Assembly (NCBI RefSeq): GCF_006345805.1
Contig: NC_042998.1
Coordinates: 38,440,001-38,504,000, forward strand
Reading direction: 5' to 3'
DNA length: 64,000 nt
From: Octopus sinensis
Lineage: Eukaryota
Shown here piece by piece: positions 63,897-64,000 of the stretch. Below the pieces are notes generated by a model, which ran no database searches, was not told the DNA's origin, and saw nothing but the letters and a program-made list of their open reading frames with translations. Position numbers and translations under genes: made by a program. Numbering within the stretch: the stretch's first letter is position 1; every line of letters begins with the position of its first letter.

Positions 63897-63920
63897 CTGC
63901 ATTTATTTACAGGAATATAA
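63897..63920 (-). CDS. Candidate 24-nt exon of an unidentified gene
   Basis: cattttag|TTATATTCCTGTAAATAAATGCAG|gtatgt. The frame YIPVNKC(R) joins in phase to the 83-nt exon. Confidence 0.35.
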
Positions 63921-64000
63921 CTAAAATGACGCAAAATAAATTAATCCTAAAAGAATTCAACTGGATAACGTAATCTATTCAACCAGTATCTCATTAAAAA

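Overview
AT-rich, microsatellite-rich and transposon-dense animal DNA, most likely an octopus (coleoid cephalopod) genome scaffold. That assignment is inferred from the SINE families and simple-repeat content and has not been checked against a database. There is a 100-N gap at 41837-41936. Nearly all ORFs in the supplied track are microsatellite or SINE noise, and no intact protein-coding gene can be named. Recognisable coding sequence is transposon debris: several Penelope-like elements (Neptune-like and Naiad-like, RT plus GIY-YIG), RTE, CR1-type, L1/Tx1-type and R4/Dong-type LINEs, two DD37D/Tc1-mariner transposons, Helitrons, MITEs and at least three SINE families. Splice signals suggest two host genes on the minus strand. 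The first has a putative first exon ending in ATG at about 16.9 kb, a second ATG-ending exon at 4.6-4.9 kb and a 6-nt microexon at 1270-1275, inside a visibly CpG-depleted domain. The second is a cluster of small exons at 62.3-63.9 kb. The best leads are the microexon with its adjacent long hairpin, hammerhead-ribozyme-like motifs tied to Penelope ends, a SINE-derived 34-bp minisatellite beside the putative promoter, and a GC-rich CR1 insertion. I found no CRISPR array or prokaryote-type system and cannot claim a clearly new biological system from sequence alone.
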